Below, piece by piece: positions 35,209 through 37,909 of a DNA stretch of 37,909 nucleotides; position 1 is the first letter of the stretch, and every line of letters begins with the position of its first letter. A model generated the notes under the pieces. It saw only the letters and a program-made list of their open reading frames with translations. It was not told the DNA's origin and searched no databases. The position numbers were made by a program, and so were the translations under genes. Source of the stretch: a virus (Duplodnaviria; Caudoviricetes); IMG/VR virus record IMGVR_UViG_3300038315_000155, positions 1-37,909 of that record; one strand, 5' to 3'.

Positions 35209-35235
35209 CGTTCGGTGTACATACTATATGTAGTA

Positions 35236-36051
35236 CTAGGGTAATTCAATCTTCCGTCCATCATTCTCTACCCATAATTTATACCAGTCCTCGATACCTT
35301 CGCCTTCCCATGATTCAGGATCGAACTTCCAGGCGAATTCACTTTCTCCACCTTGAACGAACATCCGAGACTTCATAGGCTTTCGAAGGCGCGAGGACCG
35401 GATTGTGATCTTTCTGTCTTTACCTGTGTCCTGAAGATACCAAACTTCTGAAAATCTTATTGGTATTTCAGACTGCATTTTACCACCCACAAGTATGCTA
35501 ACCATCATTGCCCCGGTCATCTCGTCCTTCTGTGGAGTATCTTCGTGGGCAATAAAGATGCAATGCTTGTTGTACTTGGCTGTTAATTTAACTAGAGACA
35601 TAACCGCTTGCATGGTGTAGCTGTTACGTCTTCCGTATCCAGCTAGAGTTGGAGCCTCGAACGTAGCTCCTGTTATCTCTGTGATACCATGTTGTAGTGC
35701 CATCATGTTGAAGGATGTGATACTATCAAATACTACTGTTTGGATATCCTCGTGATCATCTAGCAACGCTTTGACACCACCAGCGTTCTCGTGTTTGAAT
35801 GTCACTACCTTGTTAGGACTCTGAGTACTAAAGTCAGCGATGTAGATTTCAGGTTGATCCATCAACGAGCTTGTTCCGTCAGAGTCAAAGTTGATCCATA
35901 GGATAGGTCGTGGTGCGGTTGCTGCTAACGTAGTCTTACCTGCCCCAGACGGTCCCCAGATGATAGTAGACATCCTTCGTAGTTGTGTCTTAGGAGTTGT
36001 TATTGTTACTGTACCGAGATTCATTTCAGGTGCTTCAGCTTTTTTGGGCAA
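35236..36051 (-). CDS. Sak4-like AAA ATPase (single-strand annealing / recombination)
   Basis: WGPSGAGKTTLA, VVFDSIT, FIAHE; in a nuclease - ATPase - SSB module. Confidence 0.8.
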   Translation of the reverse strand: MPKKAEAPEMNLGTVTITTPKTQLRRMSTIIWGPSGAGKTTLAATAPRPILWINFDSDGTSSLMDQPEIYIADFSTQSPNKVVTFKHENAGGVKALLDDHEDIQTVVFDSITSFNMMALQHGITEITGATFEAPTLAGYGRRNSYTMQAVMSLVKLTAKYNKHCIFIAHEDTPQKDEMTGAMMVSILVGGKMQSEIPIRFSEVWYLQDTGKDRKITIRSSRLRKPMKSRMFVQGGESEFAWKFDPESWEGEGIEDWYKLWVENDGRKIELP

Positions 36052-36247
36052 GTTTGTATCCTCCTAATTCATGCCAAAGGACATTCAGCATCATATTAAT
36101 GTGTCGAACAACTAAGTCCTCTCTGTAACTAGACATTGTGTTATAACAAAAGAAACAAATTTTATCTCCCTTGGGGTAATCTACTTCGAATAGGTTAAAG
36201 AACTCATCGGCTGTCTCGAAACCACACCAGCTACAATTTTTCTCCAT
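36035..36247 (-). CDS. Small putative zinc-finger protein
   Basis: CSWC...CFFC; AGGAG RBS. Confidence 0.6.
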   Translation of the reverse strand: MEKNCSWCGFETADEFFNLFEVDYPKGDKICFFCYNTMSSYREDLVVRHINMMLNVLWHELGGYKLAQKS

Positions 36248-36434
36248 GTGTCACAATCTCCTTCTTCATTTCAAAGTAGTCCACCGTATCGTCAGGGAAT
36301 CTTTTACCACAAAAGATTTGGGCCTCTTCGAGTGTGTCGAAAGGCCCATATACTTCTAGTTCCTTGGGTGTTACTCCTCTTATTGCCCCCCACTTGATCT
36401 CTATGTCGATCCCTAATCGTGTAGAGGACTCCAT
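36231..36434 (-). CDS. Hypothetical protein
   Basis: 67 aa, overlaps both neighbours; YGPFDTLEEA motif common in small phage proteins. Confidence 0.6.
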   Translation of the reverse strand: MESSTRLGIDIEIKWGAIRGVTPKELEVYGPFDTLEEAQIFCGKRFPDDTVDYFEMKKEIVTHGEKL

Positions 36435-37510
36435 TCTTCTATCTCCATCTCATCCAGTATCTCTTGTTTCTCTTCTATGGTGTCAGCAGCACATAGAGGG
36501 AGAAACGAGCAGCTACGGAAATACCTGTTACAGCTATGGGTGTACATGGGAGCGCTGAGAATGTCATTAGTCCATTTCTGTTCCATCTCGATGCTAGTGA
36601 CGAACCAGTTAGCCCACTTCTCAAACATGATAGGACTGCGATGGACTTGCTCACGCCTTATACCTTCCGCTGGAATCTTGCCGATTGGAATACGCATTCC
36701 AGAAGCTATGGCCTGGATACAAGGCTCTCCTGTGAAGGTACTAGAGGCTAGACAATATCCTGTGATCTGATGACTAAGTATCCATTGGGCTAGCCAATGG
36801 TCATCCAGCTTAGAACCTGTTTTCTCTTCTATGATGATGAGGTTATCGTGGTTCCAGTGAAGACCATCTAACTTGCCAGTGAAACGGACAATCAGGGTAC
36901 GTTCTTCTCCGTCCATTTCATAAACAATGGTAACAACAATGTCAAAGGCAATCTCAATGCCTATGTCAGTGTCTATATCTTCTTTGTCTCTGATCCATAT
37001 AGGATAGCGAGTCATGTCATAGGCATCTACGAATGCAATGAGGCTTTCGCTGATGTTACTGATAGTTCTTTGTCTGTCTCCAATATCGTCGTAGTACTCT
37101 CCTGATTCGAGTGCTTCAAGTGCATAGTTAATGACGTTAGTTCTATCGGATGCACCATCGGAAATGACGTTTCGGATACATGAATACCTATCATCCCCAA
37201 ACATCCGTATGCCATGCTTCTCAACGTTAGCTCTTTGTATCTTACCTTCGCATTGAAAGTTCTCATACTGATACAGGCGTACAGCCGCAAAAGCTTCATG
37301 CGCTGCCGTTCCAGCTTCCAATGGAAGTTGCCGGGAACTGGATGGCATCCTTTTGTGACGCGAATAACGAAGGATACCCCATGTAGGGCAAACGTTGATG
37401 TTAGATAGTTTAGTGTGATCATAGGATGGAAGATCAGCATCTTCATCAGTCGCCATCCTTGTGTTAAGGGAGATTAAACGGAAAGTACTCAAAGGCCATT
37501 CATCCATCAA
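36413..37510 (-). CDS. PD-(D/E)XK nuclease, Cas4/RecB-like exonuclease
   Basis: N-terminal CP, GTAAH, TGKLDGL...IIEEKT, QITGY and C-terminal C.....C....C (Fe-S staple pattern). Confidence 0.85.
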   Translation of the reverse strand: MMDEWPLSTFRLISLNTRMATDEDADLPSYDHTKLSNINVCPTWGILRYSRHKRMPSSSRQLPLEAGTAAHEAFAAVRLYQYENFQCEGKIQRANVEKHGIRMFGDDRYSCIRNVISDGASDRTNVINYALEALESGEYYDDIGDRQRTISNISESLIAFVDAYDMTRYPIWIRDKEDIDTDIGIEIAFDIVVTIVYEMDGEERTLIVRFTGKLDGLHWNHDNLIIIEEKTGSKLDDHWLAQWILSHQITGYCLASSTFTGEPCIQAIASGMRIPIGKIPAEGIRREQVHRSPIMFEKWANWFVTSIEMEQKWTNDILSAPMYTHSCNRYFRSCSFLPLCAADTIEEKQEILDEMEIEEWSPLHD

Positions 37511-37728
37511 CCGTTCCTCATCTTCTGTATCTCATCAACAGTGTTAGTGGCACTTTCAATAGTAGCTCCAAGCTGTAACAAGATGTCAGTGAGTTTGTTC
37601 ATAGACACGGCTAAGGCTTGAATCTCTTCCTGTTGCGCATTGGCGGTTTCAGCCATTTCTGCTAAGACATGGACAACAACAGGTTCGGCCTTACCTATTA
37701 GTTTCTCTCGTACTTCTCTGCCTTTCAT
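37507..37728 (-). CDS. Small coiled-coil hypothetical protein
   Basis: GGAGG RBS; ATGA overlaps at both ends. Confidence 0.7.
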   Translation of the reverse strand: MKGREVREKLIGKAEPVVVHVLAEMAETANAQQEEIQALAVSMNKLTDILLQLGATIESATNTVDEIQKMRNG

Positions 37729-37904
37729 TTGTCTTCCTCCACTCCAAGACTATCAGAGAATTCTCTAAGTTCTTGTATTTCTTCTTCAAGCTTTTCTATT
37801 TTCTCATCATGATCTTTGATGATTTGTCTCACTTCTGCTATGGCATCGTCTTCGGTGTCATGGAAACTTACTGTGATACCGTCAGTTGTGATCTTCCAGG
37901 TCAT
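37725..37904 (-). CDS. Small acidic coiled-coil protein, 59 aa (start near the window edge)
   Basis: MTWKITTDGITVSFHDTEDDAIAEVRQIIKDHDEKIEKLEEEIQELREFSDSLGVEEDK; ATGA overlap with the next gene. Confidence 0.6.
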   Translation of the reverse strand: MTWKITTDGITVSFHDTEDDAIAEVRQIIKDHDEKIEKLEEEIQELREFSDSLGVEEDK

Positions 37905-37909
37905 AGTAC

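Noticed and set aside
36413-37510. Cas4-like nuclease as a sign of CRISPR-Cas
   Set aside because: No array or other cas genes; the context (Sak4-like ATPase, SSB) fits a phage recombination exonuclease.
1-37909. Stop-codon reassignment, tRNAs, integrase, introns or inteins
   Set aside because: Genes are intact and densely packed under the standard code with all three stops used; no cloverleaf, recombinase or splicing motifs noticed.

Overview
This window is most of a tailed dsDNA phage genome with podovirus-type (P22/T7-like short-tail) architecture. An aquatic, possibly alphaproteobacterial host is an inference only. The + strand (about 1.2-27.9 kb) holds the morphogenesis arm: TerS, TerL, portal, scaffold, major capsid, adaptor, nozzle, tail fibre and chaperone, a lysis cassette (GTA-type holin and GH24 lysozyme) and four ejection/internal virion proteins. 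The - strand (27.8-37.9 kb, plus two small genes at 0.1-0.7 kb) holds the replication/early arm: DUF3987-like helicase, UDG-like/PolA fusion, dNMP kinase, RecD-like helicase, RHH regulator, DUF669 SSB-like protein, Sak4-like ATPase and Cas4/RecB-like nuclease. I saw no integrase, phage RNA polymerase, tRNA or CRISPR array. The most notable signal is two unrelated, disordered ORFs (5420, 13171) wedged precisely between core head/tail genes. They share an N-terminal peptide MAxxNPKILQALIxKL (20 bp identical DNA), can be excised cleanly at ATGGC/TAATGGC repeats, and one ends in the bacterial SSB tail motif DDDIPF. This suggests a cassette system for packaging effector cargo into the virion. Also notable: a stand-alone RNA polymerase alpha-CTD-like gene, a PolA with His at the 762-equivalent position fused to a degenerate UDG domain, and sharply bounded T-poor patches inside structural genes. 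All functional calls come from motif recognition by eye, with no database searches.
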